64,000 bases of DNA from the NCBI GenBank assembly GCA_965215885.1, contig CBDCEW010000099.1, positions 1 through 64,000 on the forward strand. The letters are read 5' to 3'. Of the stretch, positions 1 through 11,674 are shown piece after piece. Made by a program: the position numbers and the translations under genes. Positions within the stretch are counted from its first letter, which is position 1, and every line of letters starts with the position of its first letter. Below the pieces are notes generated by a model. It had not been told where the DNA came from. It searched no databases and was given only the letters and a program-made list of their open reading frames with translations. The DNA comes from Candidatus Moanibacter sp. GTDB lineage: Bacteria; Verrucomicrobiota; Verrucomicrobiia; Opitutales; UBA2987.

Positions 1-57
1 CGCAGGGAGTAGTGACAGAAGGAACAGAAAAGAGGTTCAGAATAAATAACCTGTCTA

Positions 58-552
58 TTAATTTGAAACAAGTTCCTTGTACGTCACGAGGGCGTCGACG
101 AATCCAAGGCGGGGGTGTCGAAATGTCTTGGGTAAAGTCCCTACAATGCTGAATCCGTGTCGTTGCCAGAGATGAACGGCTACTTCGTTGGTCGATACGA
201 CGAGGTTGTACTGCATTGCTCGGGAGCCCTGAGCCCTGGCTTCTCTTTGCGAATGCTGGCACATTGCAGATGCGAATCCCCGGCTCCTTGATTGAGTGGC
301 CACGATGTAACCGCAGTTGCAGACGTGAGCAATCAGCGCCGGTTAGTTTGGCTTTATATAGTAGCTCCCAACGATGCTGCTATGTTCATCAACCGCGACA
401 AAGGTGGATGAAGGTGTATCGATCCAGTATCGCCATGCTTCGCCCACTGTGATCTCGGGGGAGCACGGAAAGGTTTCTCCTTCAAAAAAGACCGGTCCGA
501 GCACGCTCCAGACTGCGGACCAGTCGTCCCGTTTGAAGGGGCGGATCATCAT
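58..552 (-). pseudogene. GNAT N-acetyltransferase with an in-frame premature stop
   Basis: ORFs 343..591 and 58..303 share a frame. Reading through TAA at 343-345 gives YYIKPN*PALIAHVCNCGYIVATQSRSRGFASAMC...VVSTNEVAVHLWQRHGFSIVGTLP, a typical GNAT; the lesion is probably CAA->TAA. Confidence 0.8.
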
Positions 553-1184
553 GGTGTTCGGCATTGCTAGATGGGAAATTGTAAGTGACAACGCATTAAA
601 GCAGATAACGAATGAGGCTTCCGGGCATCTTGTCCATTCTCTTAGATTACCGGATCCGCTGTAATCATTTGATCGTTTCTTTTTAGATGAATAATCTCAC
701 GCCACGGAGCCAAGAACGCGGAGGATTTTGATGACGAAAATCCAGGATACCTCAGGTATTCATTGGTAGAAAATGAAGGCAGTTCTAATCAAAGAATCCG
801 GCTCACCGCAGGCAGTGCTCATGGCAGGCGGTGTTCCTGGCGATTGGCTAAGGTTGAATAAAGATGGGAACTGGCTTGGGAGAAACCCACCCCTGCCCCT
901 CCCAGGAGGGGAACTCCAGGGAATAATGTCTAAAGATGGATACCGAAGCCGATTAGGAAGAGTCGAAAGAAGTCGGAAAGAGTACTTTCGGTGACCGGGC
1001 GCAGGAAGACGTGGATAAGGGCAAAGAATTGCCGGGCTTTTTTTCGCGGCAAGAAATCACGTCAATAAAACTTGGAGGGGGCAGAAATATTCGTAAGATT
1101 CGCCATTTTTCAATCGCTGCACCGGAGGAAGGGGAAAACGGGGAGCAAGGGAGAGAGGGAGACGAAGATTTTGAGTGTGTGAGC

Positions 1185-1433
1185 ATGGAGAAGGGCGTAA
1201 TCAGTAAATTGCTGAAGGATTTTTTTGAGGAGGAGTTTCCGAACCAGGGGATGGACCTTGAATACACGACGGATCTCCTCAACGACTGGTTTGTCGACTC
1301 CCTCGGCATCATCAATACGGTCCTTTTTCTAGAGCGCGAATTCGCCATTTCCATAGCGAGGGCGGACATCAATTCCGATAATTTTCAAAACATCGACACG
1401 CTCTCCACGTTTGTTCGAAAAACATTGGGTTAA
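1185..1433 (+). CDS. acyl carrier protein (DltC-like)
   Basis: An 82-aa acidic protein with the FVDSLGII phosphopantetheine-attachment motif and an ending of NFQNIDTLSTFV. ATG 1185 is a more plausible start than 1011. Confidence 0.85.
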   Translation: MEKGVISKLLKDFFEEEFPNQGMDLEYTTDLLNDWFVDSLGIINTVLFLEREFAISIARADINSDNFQNIDTLSTFVRKTLG

Positions 1434-2476
1434 AGAGTCAGGGTTATGGCACGACTACTGGGCGGTCGCCCCATCACGACCGAAGAACAGAAAAAGAATG
1501 ATCGTCACTGCCCGGTGGCGGTAGCCGCAGTGGTAGGGGTGCTGCTGGTTTACATCTACCTCTTTACCCAGGTTTATCAAGTCGTGGGGCTGCCTTCTCC
1601 CGAAGCTTTGGCGGCAACGACTGGTCTGAATTTGGACTATGTCTTCGATGACGACCGTAATGTCGATTGCAACCTCATCATTTCGTTTACCCGAAAATAC
1701 AATAACGACAACGAGCGGTTGATCTTTTTCACCGTGGTGACACTCGCTTTCCTCTGCGTTTATTTTCTTCCCCTCGAATTCAAACGACCTGCCCTGGTAT
1801 TCTGGTTTTTAACAGCGGTCATCCTATTGTACGGTTGGCACGCGGCGAGTGGTTTGCTCTTTGCCCATCTGGTCGTTTATCTGGTTTTCACCCAACCAAT
1901 AATAGAGTCGCAATTGTCAGCCTGCTGGCCGCCGTGCTTGGGATTCTCGCGTTTTCGGGAGAGAATTATCTCAATCCAAGAACCTTTATCCCGTGGCTGT
2001 TACTGCCGGTTGCCTATAGGTATGGCCTCCGCCCGGTTTTGCTGGGAAAGCCGAAGGTTGCCTCCATATGCCGCACCATCGCGGCCCAGTCATCGGTTCT
2101 CATTGTGTTTATCGGGGCGTCAATGGAAGGGATGAGTGGATATGAGTGGGAGGTTCCACTGGGCATCTTTTTATTCTTTTGGCATTGGCAGCGGGTGATC
2201 CTCTACCATGTCGATTACAAAGACGGCCATGTCCCCAAAGATTTGCCGGTGACTCATTACCTGGCCGTGTTTCTAAACCCGGCCATGATTCCCAGCTGGA
2301 CCTGGGGCGCCTATATCGGACAGGGGTATGCCTACAGCAGCAATAATTTTCTTTGCGATGACAAGAACAAGCTGGTCATGGCCGGCCTCAAGATATGGGG
2401 GTTTTCGTTGCTTTACCTGATTTTTGATCGCTGGTTCATATACAACCTGGTCGATTATTTCGAAGATACTTTCGAT

Positions 2477-3795
2477 CACTACTGTCCGGTTGTTTTTCTA
2501 GGAACGCAGGTTAATCGATTGATAACCAACATTTTACATATGATTTCTGCTGTTTTCGACTTGAAATTGCAAAAAGCCTTGTGGACTCTCAAAAATTTCG
2601 AGGGTCCAAATCATGTATACAGGTCGATTCGTTTTTTCTCAAATCATAGATTATCTTCCGCGCCATCAGTTCCATCGTTGCGTCCAACGCTACGGAGGCG
2701 ACTACAAAGTTCAAAAGTTCAGTTGCTTCGAACAATTTCTCTGCATGGGTTTTGCCGAGTTGACCTACCGGGAGAGTCTGCGCGACATCGAAACCTGCCT
2801 GCGGGCAGTACAACCAAAACTATACCACGCAGGGATTCGAAGCGGAGTATCCAAAAGCACGCTCGCCGATGCCAACGAGAAACGAGACTGGCGCAGCTAC
2901 GCCGACTTTGCACAGGTCCTCATCGCAATGGCTCGTCCTTTGTATTCAAACGAGGATCTGGGCATCGACCTGGACAATACGCTCTACGCTCTGGACTCCA
3001 CCACGATCGATCTATGTCTATCACTCTTCCCGTGGGCACGTTTCCGCAAGCACAAGGGGGCGGTGAAGGTCCATACGCTTCTCGATCTCAGAGGCTCTAT
3101 CCCTTATTTTATCGAGATTACCGATGGAAAAGTTCACGACGTAAACATTCTGGATCTCATCATCCCCGAGGCCGGTGCTTACTATGTAATGGACCGAGCC
3201 TATCTGCATTACGAGCGCCTCTATCGGATCGCACAATGCGGTTCTTTCTTCGTCACACGCGCCCGCCGCGGCTTTCAGTTTCGCCGCCTCTACTCTCAAA
3301 AGGTCGACAAATCAACCGGTCTGCGTTCGGACCAGACCGTTGCCCTGGTCAGCTTCTATCCTGCCAAGGCCTACCCCGAAAGACTCCGGCGTATCACTTA
3401 CCTCGACCCCGACAGTTCCGAGCGCTTCGTGTTTCTCACCAACCAGTTTGCCCTCCCAGCCATAATCATCACCCAGATTTACCGTTTACGCTGGCAGATC
3501 GAATTGTTCTTCAAATGGATCAAACAGCACTTGCGCATCAAGAGCTTTTTCGGCACCTCCGAGAATGCTGTGAAGACTCAAATCTGGATTGCCGTCAGCG
3601 TCTATGTGCTCATCGCCATCATCCGCAAACGCCTTCGCCTGGAGATCAGTTTGCACAAAATCCTACAGATTCTCAGCTTCACCCTATTTGAGAAAACTCC
3701 TATGACTGAACTACTTACAGAAACCGATTACACTTTCAATGAACACCGCATTCCTAAACAGTTGGAGTTGTTTGACTTATAACCGGACAGTACTG
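2477..3795 (+). mobile_element. IS4-family insertion sequence, 1319 bp
   Basis: Terminal inverted repeats CACTACTGTCCGGTT / AACCGGACAGTACTG, with a 9-bp direct repeat ACTTTCGAT at 2468-2476 and 3796-3804. Confidence 0.95.
2613..3782 (+). CDS. IS4-family transposase (DUF4372 + DDE_Tnp_1 type)
   Basis: Motifs ALDSTTIDL, VMDRAY and YRLRWQIELFFKWIKQHL; 389 aa and intact. Confidence 0.95.
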   Translation: MYTGRFVFSQIIDYLPRHQFHRCVQRYGGDYKVQKFSCFEQFLCMGFAELTYRESLRDIETCLRAVQPKLYHAGIRSGVSKSTLADANEKRDWRSYADFAQVLIAMARPLYSNEDLGIDLDNTLYALDSTTIDLCLSLFPWARFRKHKGAVKVHTLLDLRGSIPYFIEITDGKVHDVNILDLIIPEAGAYYVMDRAYLHYERLYRIAQCGSFFVTRARRGFQFRRLYSQKVDKSTGLRSDQTVALVSFYPAKAYPERLRRITYLDPDSSERFVFLTNQFALPAIIITQIYRLRWQIELFFKWIKQHLRIKSFFGTSENAVKTQIWIAVSVYVLIAIIRKRLRLEISLHKILQILSFTLFEKTPMTELLTETDYTFNEHRIPKQLELFDL

Positions 3796-4478
3796 ACTTT
3801 CGATATCACCCTCTACACCCATATCAAATCTATGGTCCGCTACCATGTCAGCGGTGAGGACATGAGCACGCCGACGGTTCTTTTCACCTGCCTGATCGAC
3901 CAGTCCCGCTGGATGCTCCTATGGGCCAGCGTGGTTCATTTCAAGGTCGGCCTCTGGCGTATTTTCGGATATAATGTGGACCCGCATTTTAACCGCCCCT
4001 GGCTGGCCACCAATCTGGCAAATTTCTGGGCGCGCTACGCCTTCCACTTTCGCGCCTTTCTGGTTAGCGCGTTTTACTATCCGGTCTTTCTCCGCTTTTT
4101 CAAAAAGAACCTGCACCTGCGGGTATTCGTCGCCACAATGGCAGCGGCCTGTGTCGGAAACATGATCTGGGGTCACATGAGCAAGAATCTGTTTTATGAG
4201 GGTTTGGAATGGAAATATGTAGTGGATTACCTGCCCAGGTGGCCCTATTTTCTTCTCCTGGGCCTCGGAATCTCCGTGGTCCAGGTTTACCTGTTGCGCA
4301 AAAAACGAAACCGCAAACCATGGACCTGGGGGTGGAGAATCGGCACCGATATTCTGGCCGCTTACCTGACGATCCAATTTTACTGCTTGATCCACGTTTT
4401 CGGCCGACCCGTCCCCAACGGCACCGTTTTGGATTATTGGCGGCTATTCCTTATTGGACTGGGAATTCATCTGCCGGA

Positions 4479-4920
4479 CTAGCCCACAAATTTCACAAGC
4501 CATCTGCTTCGACCGCGGATCTCACGGCGCCTCAAGGACTTCCCTTGCCCGCCGACTTCCACGTGTTCCAACACGCTGTCACCCGTCGGACTTTGGTAAG
4601 CCCTTGATCCGCCGCAACCTTCGCAGTCTCGCGACGAAGTGTGTGAAATATGCGGGCTAGTCCGAACAGTTCGCCAAACCATATGCTACGATCCCGGCGT
4701 GCCGGGATCGCCCGCCGTGCTGCGAAAAGGCCTTAATCCGTCCCGGCCCGCCGGGACGCATTCTCGCTACGATGTGTGTGAAATGTCCGGACTAGGGATC
4801 TGTCGGAGTTAGCCCTTCGACCATAAGGCTCAGGACAGGCTTTTCGGAATCCGCGTAAATAATCCGTTATCTGGGTGTGATTGTGCTCTGCAGGGAATTC
4901 GACCACCGACATATTCCTGA
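4479..4920. mobile_element. three abutting MITEs: family A 4479-4660, shortened family A 4657-4795, family B 4792-4920
   Basis: Family A ends read CTAGCCC..A..TTTCACA...TGTGAAAT..CGGGCTAG. Family B ends read CTAGGGATCTGTCGG...CCGACATATTCCT. Neighbouring elements share a CTAG. Confidence 0.75.
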
Positions 4921-4941
4921 TCGCTCTGCCGAGCGGAAGAC

Positions 4942-6485
4942 TCATTTCGTATCCGTGGTATAACGCTCAACAGTAAGCCTGCGATTCGGCTTTCCGGTCG
5001 AAGTGTGCGGAATAGCGGACAAGACCACCACTTTGCGTGGGACTATCTGAGGGGGAAGTTTCCTCCGTGCAGTCGAGAGGAAATTTTTCAATGACCAGGT
5101 ATCCGGATCCTCCGGAACGACAAAGGCCCAGGGCACATGAGTCAGCACTTTCTGGGGGTCGGGAACACCAGCGATCAAATACTCCTTTACCCCTTCGGGT
5201 TGCCCGAGTTCGTTTTCCACTTCGGCCGGAAAATAGGAGTAACCGCCGCAGTTGATCATGTCATCCCGGCGTCCTCGGTAAGCGACAAAGCCATCCTCAT
5301 CGATAAACCCGAAATCCCCGGTGCGAAACCAACCCTTTAGCATCTTCTCCTGGTTGCGCTTCGGATCCTCCCAATAGCTGCCCATTCTCCGGCCCGCGCG
5401 AAGAAGGATTTCGCCCTCCTCGTTTGACCCGAGCAATTGTCCATCGGGGCCGGAGATAGCTACCTTTACCCCCTGGGTGGGTTTTCCCACGGTGTGCAAT
5501 TTGTCCGGATGGGAACGGGCGTCCAGTATAAGGGCCCTCGAGCACTCGGTCAGGCCGTATTGAAAAAAGACATTTGCTCCAGGGAAAAGGCGCAGCAAGA
5601 GGCCCAGCTCCTCCGGAGAGAGCGGCGCACTGGCAATTTCGATTGACCGGCAGCTCTGAGCCATATTCCGGATATTTTCCGGAGGGGTTTGGAGCAAGCT
5701 TCTGATGAGCGGAGGAGTGGTGAAAATCCGTTTATACCAAACCGCTGAATATCCTCAAGGATGGCTGTAACAGTCAATAATCCCTGAGGAAGAACGATGC
5801 AGCCGCCGGATAACAAGGTAGAGGTAACGCGCTGCCAGCCGCCGCTGTGGTTCATCGGACTGAGAATCAACTCCCGATGGTCCTCATCCATGTCTGTTAT
5901 CGAGGAGAGAACCCTGGCAATTTCCAAAAAATGCTCGTGCTTAAGGACAACGCCTTTAGGCTGGCCTGTGGATCCAGCCGAAAAAAGGATGGCGGCGGGA
6001 GTTCCCTCGGAACGGGCCGAACGGTAAATGGGGTCTATAGTAACATGAGCCGGTTCGGGGTCAGGCGTAAAAATCGCCCTCTTCGAAACAACGTCAATGC
6101 TGTAAGTAATCTGGGGGATTGCCGGATTTTCGGACTGGCCTCCGCCCGCCGATAGAAGAGAAAATTTCGGCCTGGTCTTCTTTTCAATATACCGCACACG
6201 CTCCGCTCCCGCATTGGCATCGACAGGGACCGCCAAACACCCGGAAGCGCCCACTGCCAAGAAAGCGATGATATATTCCGGTGAATTTCCCAGGTTCAGA
6301 CCGATTCGATCTCGCGGACCCGCACCGGCGGCACGAAGTAACCGGGCCGTTGCCTCAACCAGTCGACTCAGGTCGCCAAAGGTTAGAACAGCCGTGTCGG
6401 ACTGAATGGCCGGCCGGTCGGAAAATTCAGGTAACCTGGCGGAAATAAGCCGATCGAAGAGATTTTCCGGCAACGTGGAATTCAT
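4942..6485 (-). pseudogene. AMP-dependent acyl-adenylate ligase (ANL superfamily), frameshifted
   Basis: Motifs ILFSAGSTGQPKGV, QYGLTE, FRTGDFG, GRRDDMIN and TSTGKP. The halves join with one extra T at 5723-5726 (GFFTTPPLIRSLLQTPP). Confidence 0.85.
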
Positions 6486-6495
6486 CGGCCAATGA

Positions 6496-6630
6496 TCAGA
6501 AACGGCCGGTCTGGCCGGGAGCGATAAAACGGTCTTCGAGCCGTTTGATTTCCTCGTAACCCACCAAGGAAAAAATCTCGCTCAACGGACATATATCCTT
6601 CTCAACTGAAGCAATTGTCTGTGTTTCGAT
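6496..6630 (-). pseudogene. C-terminal remnant resembling the PEP mutase/isocitrate lyase superfamily
   Basis: Translates IETQTIASVEKDICPLSEIFSLVGYEEIKRLEDRF and ends 10 bp upstream of the ligase start. The 5' part is missing. Confidence 0.35.
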
Positions 6631-6762
6631 CCTCTGCGACATCAAGCCAGATACGTTTGGAGTTGCCGAAGTGTTTCTGGCAAGACTTCAACGATTCCCT
6701 TGTCCCGCTGGGCGCCCGCCCTTCGGCCAGAAGTCCAGCCGGGAATGCGCACACCGTTATCA

Positions 6763-8319
6763 TCAAGATTCGTCAGCCATTCGGACATCGCCGGGAGGGC
6801 ATGCTGGATCATCCCGAGAGAAAGAAACAAACAAAACACCCCGCGGCTTCCGCAGTTCATCGCCTACCGCATCGATGCCGCGGCGGCCGAGTTCGCCAAA
6901 GGCAAATCCATCTTTAATCGTGAACATCAGCGACTCCACTGCGGAGCGATCGCGGCGTGCCTCGCGATACGCCTCGCTCTCCCAGTCCTCGGGGGTGGTC
7001 AACTTCTTGCCCTTCGCCCCACTGATACTGATCTGCTTTACCCCCATGCTCAGCACCTCCTTGCGTCCCTTCGCCGAAGCATATCCGTCATCGGTGCTGA
7101 CCAGTTCAGCAATGACACCGGTGCGCTTGATCGAATCGCCGATGGCCGGCGCCAGCTCAATGGAGTCTGCCGCGTTGCCTTGCGGTACGATCAGGCTGGT
7201 GACAAAACCGTTTTCGCTGCGAACCAGTTGTGGCTTGTACCCGATCACTGGATTGCGGCTGCCCTTCTTGATGTAGGCCGCCGATCCGTCCGAGAGGCTC
7301 AGGACCTTCTGTGTGGACGGTAGCTTCTTTTCGTGAAACACCCGATCATGAGCATACTCAACAACCCGCTTGGCGTCGGCAATATCGCCCCTGATCTGGC
7401 TCAATGCCCGCTCCAGAAGCTCCCGGCGAGTGGGAGGCAGTGAATCCATCGACAGGCCCTCTTCAAGATGGCTCAGTTCCCCCGTTAGTGAGTCGGCCGC
7501 CTTGCGGCCCCGCTTGAGCAACCGCCGGTAGTGTTTCTTCAGCTTGCCCTTCGACTTCGGTTTGCCCGCGGCCAGACAAATCTGAAACTCCAGCTTGTCC
7601 ATTTCCTCCAGCCAACGCCCAACCCATCCCTTGCGAAAATCCTCCAGCCCGAAGACATGCAACTTCTGACCCAAACGATTGGCCCGCATCAAAAGACCGC
7701 TCAGAATCTTCCCATCGGTGGGCCAGCAGCTGTTTGCTTTCACCGAGGTGCTGTCGATCGTCAGCTTCCCGAAATCGTCCCATTGCTCCTGGAGGATAAA
7801 CCCAATCTGTTTATCAAAGATCAACTCGCGGGTCGTATGGCTGACCAGGTTCACGTTCTCCAGAATCGTCGTCACCGCCGGCATTCTCAGTCCCCCGCTC
7901 TGCAAAAATCCGTACAAGCTCATCGACTCGCGCACAAACCGCCGTGCCGGTTTCGTGGTCAACGAACCCAGAAACCCTCGAATCATCACGAACACGTATA
8001 CCGCATAAGCCGGCATCCGCGGCCGGCCTGCCCCAAGATTCAATTCAGCAGCCAGAATATTCTCCTCCTCGATGTCCAGCTCCGGCAGCTCCGCTGTGCG
8101 CCCTTCAAAGAACCTGCGATCTTCCAATCGAAGTTTCTTCTTCTCACGCGCATGGGCGTCCAGATCCTTCTCGATCGCCTCGATGATTTGCGCCGCGAAC
8201 CCGGCCAATTCTTCAACTTCATCCAGAAAATCACGGAAATCCGTGTCTGGAACCGGCAGAATGAGGTTGCTAAGGGGCGTCTTATCGCTTTTGTTCTCCT
8301 CTGTCGCACATGTTGGCAT
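6763..8319 (-). mobile_element. IS5/ISNCY-like DDE transposase, 3'-truncated
   Basis: Motifs IDSTSVKANSCWPTD, KVLSLSD..AYIKKG, STDDGYAS and RSAVESLMFTIK. The sequence turns unrelated after GIDAVGDEL (about 6857). A probable IS end (AGACCTTATCCGAAAAG on minus) lies at CTAG 8462-8465. Confidence 0.8.
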
Positions 8320-8461
8320 GTTTAACTCATTTCTTAATCTTAAGTTGTTAAACACTAGCATGTTGCGACACTCTTTATCAAGCCAAAAAATGATTTTTCT
8401 CAAGTTTTTCTTGCGCCTTTTGCGCCTCTTTGCGGCCAATCAGTAGCTTTTCGGATAAGGT

Positions 8462-9070
8462 CTAGAAAGCGAATCTTCCAACATTCTTACCCTTCTTGCG
8501 AAGCACCTTTCTGCAGAGTTCCCGGAAGCCAAGTTCATCATTACTATTCGTGACTGCTATTCCTGGCTCGACTCCTATTTGAATCACTAGGTGAACTACC
8601 CGAATCGCAGAAAAATCCGGACCTGGCGGAAGTATCGTGATCTCATTTTTAAACCATCCACCTTTCAACATTCTTCAGACGAGTCTGTCCTGGCGGAGAA
8701 ATCACTTTACACGCTAGACGGGTATTTGTCGTACTGGAAAATGGTCAACTGGGATATCGTAGGTTCCCTTCCCACATCCAGAGTGTTAATTGTCAAGACA
8801 TACGAAATAAAACAAAGCCTAAATCGCATCGCGGATTTTCTCGATATCCCTGTGGAGCATCTGAACCAGTCCCGCTCTCACCTTTATCGGGCCAGGAAAA
8901 CATATGGCTTGCTTTCCGAGATCGACAGGGAATTTCTGCAAGAAAAGGCGGACCGACACTGTGCTGCGACGATGGAAAGATATTATCCCGAGATCCGAAA
9001 ACTGGAGGACGCGCGAAAGAGCGACGGTACTCCGCTGGTTACTTCCATTGGAAGATCATCCCTTTCCTAA
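8462..9070 (+). pseudogene. sulfotransferase-family fragment, 5'-truncated with an internal stop
   Basis: The frame reads LESESSN...FPEAKFIITIRDCYSWLDSYLNH*VNYP...LIVKTYEI...IADFLDIP. AKFI..IRD..SW..S is a 3'-PAPS-binding-type motif. TAG at 8588-8590. Confidence 0.65.
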
Positions 9071-10003
9071 CTCCCTTCCCAACCATTTCGGCAGGTAGTG
9101 TAACGTGGCAAAGAGATGGAAGACGTGTGCAATCGGATCGTACCAACGCATACCAAGAGCCTGGCGGGCATAATGTGCGGCCTCCTGAAATTGTTCACGA
9201 CAGAGTAATTGCCTGGCCACGTAGCGGTAGCTTCTGAATATTCTCCAGCGTTTATAGTAGCGTAATTCTCCAGCGGATAATTTTCCGGTGAGCAAGGGAT
9301 GGGAAAATAGCAGATCAATAAATTCGAAATACACATCAGGATTTACGCTATGTTGTTTGGTGAAGTTGCCACCATGTTGGCGGTAGGAGAGAACGGGCGG
9401 CATCCCGATAGGATAGAAAGGGCCAAGCGTCGCAATCTGGGTCCATAATGTCACATCCTGATAAATCTTGAGGTCATTGCGCAACGTCACCTTTTCCAGG
9501 TAACGGCGTCGGATCATGGCGGCGCCCATCGTGCCGATAAAACACCGGCGCAACAGTGTGCGCAATACATCACCGCAATACATAGAACTGGGTTGATACC
9601 AGCGACGGATCGGATTCCCTGCCGTATCAATAATGGATATGGTGCCAAAACACACTGCTGCATCAGTATGATGCTGCATACCTTGATAGAGACGCATAAG
9701 CGCATCCGGTTGGGCGATATCATCAGCATCGATGAAATAAACAAATTCGCCAACGCTAGCTTCGAACCCCGTTGCACGCGCATGCGAACCTCCGGCATTC
9801 GATTGCTGGGTGACTCGGATCCTCGCGTCATTTTCGGCGTATCGATGGGCAATTTCGGCGGTGGCATCCTGAGATCCGTCATCGACGATAAGCATCTCCC
9901 AGTCTGAAAATGTCTGGGACTGGATACTTTCAATAGTGTCGCCGAGGAAACGCTCTGCATTGTATGCGGGAATGAGGACGGAGATGACAGGAGTCGGATG
10001 CAT
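9056..10003 (-). CDS. glycosyltransferase family 2
   Basis: Motifs ISVLIPAYNAE, IVDDGSQDAT and FIDADD (DxD). Confidence 0.92.
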   Translation of the reverse strand: MHPTPVISVLIPAYNAERFLGDTIESIQSQTFSDWEMLIVDDGSQDATAEIAHRYAENDARIRVTQQSNAGGSHARATGFEASVGEFVYFIDADDIAQPDALMRLYQGMQHHTDAAVCFGTISIIDTAGNPIRRWYQPSSMYCGDVLRTLLRRCFIGTMGAAMIRRRYLEKVTLRNDLKIYQDVTLWTQIATLGPFYPIGMPPVLSYRQHGGNFTKQHSVNPDVYFEFIDLLFSHPLLTGKLSAGELRYYKRWRIFRSYRYVARQLLCREQFQEAAHYARQALGMRWYDPIAHVFHLFATLHYLPKWLGRELGKG

Positions 10004-10007
10004 ACGA

Positions 10008-10109
10008 TTAGAAATCTGTCGGAATTCGTTATGCGATTTTGCTGCGCGCTCGGATTATTTGGGTGCATTCGTAGGTCGCGGCCGATTCCACCACCGACAT
10101 CTTCCTAGT
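10008..10109. mobile_element. MITE family B
   Basis: Ends TTAGAAATCTGTCGGA...CCGACATCTTCCTAG. Confidence 0.6.
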
Positions 10110-10315
10110 CGCTCTGCCAGGAGGCAGAGCGACAACATGGGGGTTCGTCGATCGACATTTACAAAACGTGTGGCAGTGGCCAAATCCTAAACAGCAGAAA
10201 TCACCTTGACAAAGAAAATCGCACCGCGCCTTGCCCAGGACCAAGGTTGTCTCCAGGAGAGGACGTTTACACTTTTCGAACAGGCTCAAGTTAGAGACTT
10301 TACTCTTGAAAGCGG

Positions 10316-11674
10316 TCAATCGCGAGCATTTTCGTAGGGATCGGAGAGACGATAGACCTTGTATTCGGGCACTTCGATGCGGTCCCATTCAACCAGATAG
10401 GATCGGTTTTCGCTTTGGAGTATGCGCATGACACTGCTGCGTTTTGAAGCCCGCGAATCGGTAGGGGGCTCAGTCAAAGTCCTCTCGAGCTCGGTAGGCT
10501 CCCAGATTCCGTCGCGATCAGCGAGGGCGAGGCCGAGACTTCGTTGCGGATCGATGTGGTGGTATTCGAGATCCTGTGCGTAGAGCCATGGATGGTTCCA
10601 ATCGACTCCTTCAGATTCCATAAATTCCTCGAGGAGATGCTTTTTGCCTACCCAGTCGAGAATTCCGACAAGCGTCTCGGGTCGGCCACACAGTCCCTGT
10701 AACACCTTATGCCAAAGATCGAGCACGGCATCGGTCTCGCGATCGCGGCCATGAAATTCGGCTTGAGCCAGATCGTAATAGTTCTGAATGAGCTCGACCG
10801 CGTCCTCTTCGTATCCGTCATAGGTTCTGACAAACCAGGGACCCTCTGTTTGGCGGGAAAGCTGCCTGAGAGTGGAGACGGCGTCGGCTAGGACGACAGC
10901 GGGCAAGGCATTCTCTTCAAGGAGGTCGAGGACGAGGGAAGTGGCGCCGATTTTGAGAAAGAGGTTCGAGGGCATGACATTGGTATCGCCATGGAGGACG
11001 TGAAGGCGGCGGTAGCGATTGGGATCCGCGAGGGGCTCGTCGCGCGTGTTGACGATGGCGCGGTTATGTTGCACCCACTGGTAAAAGTCGTTTTCGATAT
11101 AATCGGCTCTCTGGCATATCTGGTAGGGAGTTGAAACCTCGAGATCATTAGGACCGTCTCGATAATTGAGAATGTGTGCGGCACCCACTCTACCGGCTCC
11201 CGTAAAAAGCACCCGCAGGGTTTGGAAGGCGAGCAGAGAAAGGACATTCTCTTCCGTTAAGGGGGCCGACCGGTCTATGAGATAATTCTCATGGCATCCG
11301 AATGTGGCCTGCGTGTAATGGTCAATATTGTTACGAAAGAACTGCACTCTACCGGCGAGTCCAAGTTCATCGACGGCCTTCAACAAGAGCAGATCGCCCG
11401 CTCGATCGTAGCGCACAACATCACGGAGACCGGCGCATTCCGGAGTACAGAATTCAATATGCCCCATATCGATATAGAGGCGGCCGCCATTGTAGAGGAA
11501 GCCGCCATTTCCAGGCGGTTCATCCCAGCCACGAGGGTGAAGATCAATAAGACCGAATTGCCGATTGTCGAAAAACCAGTCTCGAATTCTTCTAAGGACG
11601 GGGCTCTCGGAGAGCTCCTCTTCGACCAGGCAACCGTATTCAGTTTCGAGGCCGATGATGCGAGGATAGAGCAT
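10316..11674 (-). CDS. pafA: Pup/UBact-protein ligase (PafA family)
   Basis: Motifs RIIGLETEYG, NGGRLYIDMGHIEFCTPEC, TFGCHENYL, NTRDEPLAD..YRRLHV and DLEYH. Confidence 0.9.
   Translation of the reverse strand: MLYPRIIGLETEYGCLVEEELSESPVLRRIRDWFFDNRQFGLIDLHPRGWDEPPGNGGFLYNGGRLYIDMGHIEFCTPECAGLRDVVRYDRAGDLLLLKAVDELGLAGRVQFFRNNIDHYTQATFGCHENYLIDRSAPLTEENVLSLLAFQTLRVLFTGAGRVGAAHILNYRDGPNDLEVSTPYQICQRADYIENDFYQWVQHNRAIVNTRDEPLADPNRYRRLHVLHGDTNVMPSNLFLKIGATSLVLDLLEENALPAVVLADAVSTLRQLSRQTEGPWFVRTYDGYEEDAVELIQNYYDLAQAEFHGRDRETDAVLDLWHKVLQGLCGRPETLVGILDWVGKKHLLEEFMESEGVDWNHPWLYAQDLEYHHIDPQRSLGLALADRDGIWEPTELERTLTEPPTDSRASKRSSVMRILQSENRSYLVEWDRIEVPEYKVYRLSDPYENARD

Larger units (their letters stand above)
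1446..4482 (+). pseudogene. MBOAT-family membrane-bound O-acyltransferase, interrupted by IS4 and a frameshift
   Basis: Multi-TM protein with the MBOAT-type motif GYNVDPHFNRPWLATNLANFWARYAFHF. Removing IS 2477-3795 plus one TSD restores FEDTFDITLY. There is also a -1 frameshift at TTTT 1885-1888. Confidence 0.8.

Noticed and set aside
885..914. ACCCACCCCTGCCCCTCCCAGGAGGGGA hairpin
   Set aside because: It looks REP-like but is single-copy in this window.
1835..3691. 618-aa ORF as one protein
   Set aside because: It is the MBOAT middle region reading into an alternative frame of the IS4 element.
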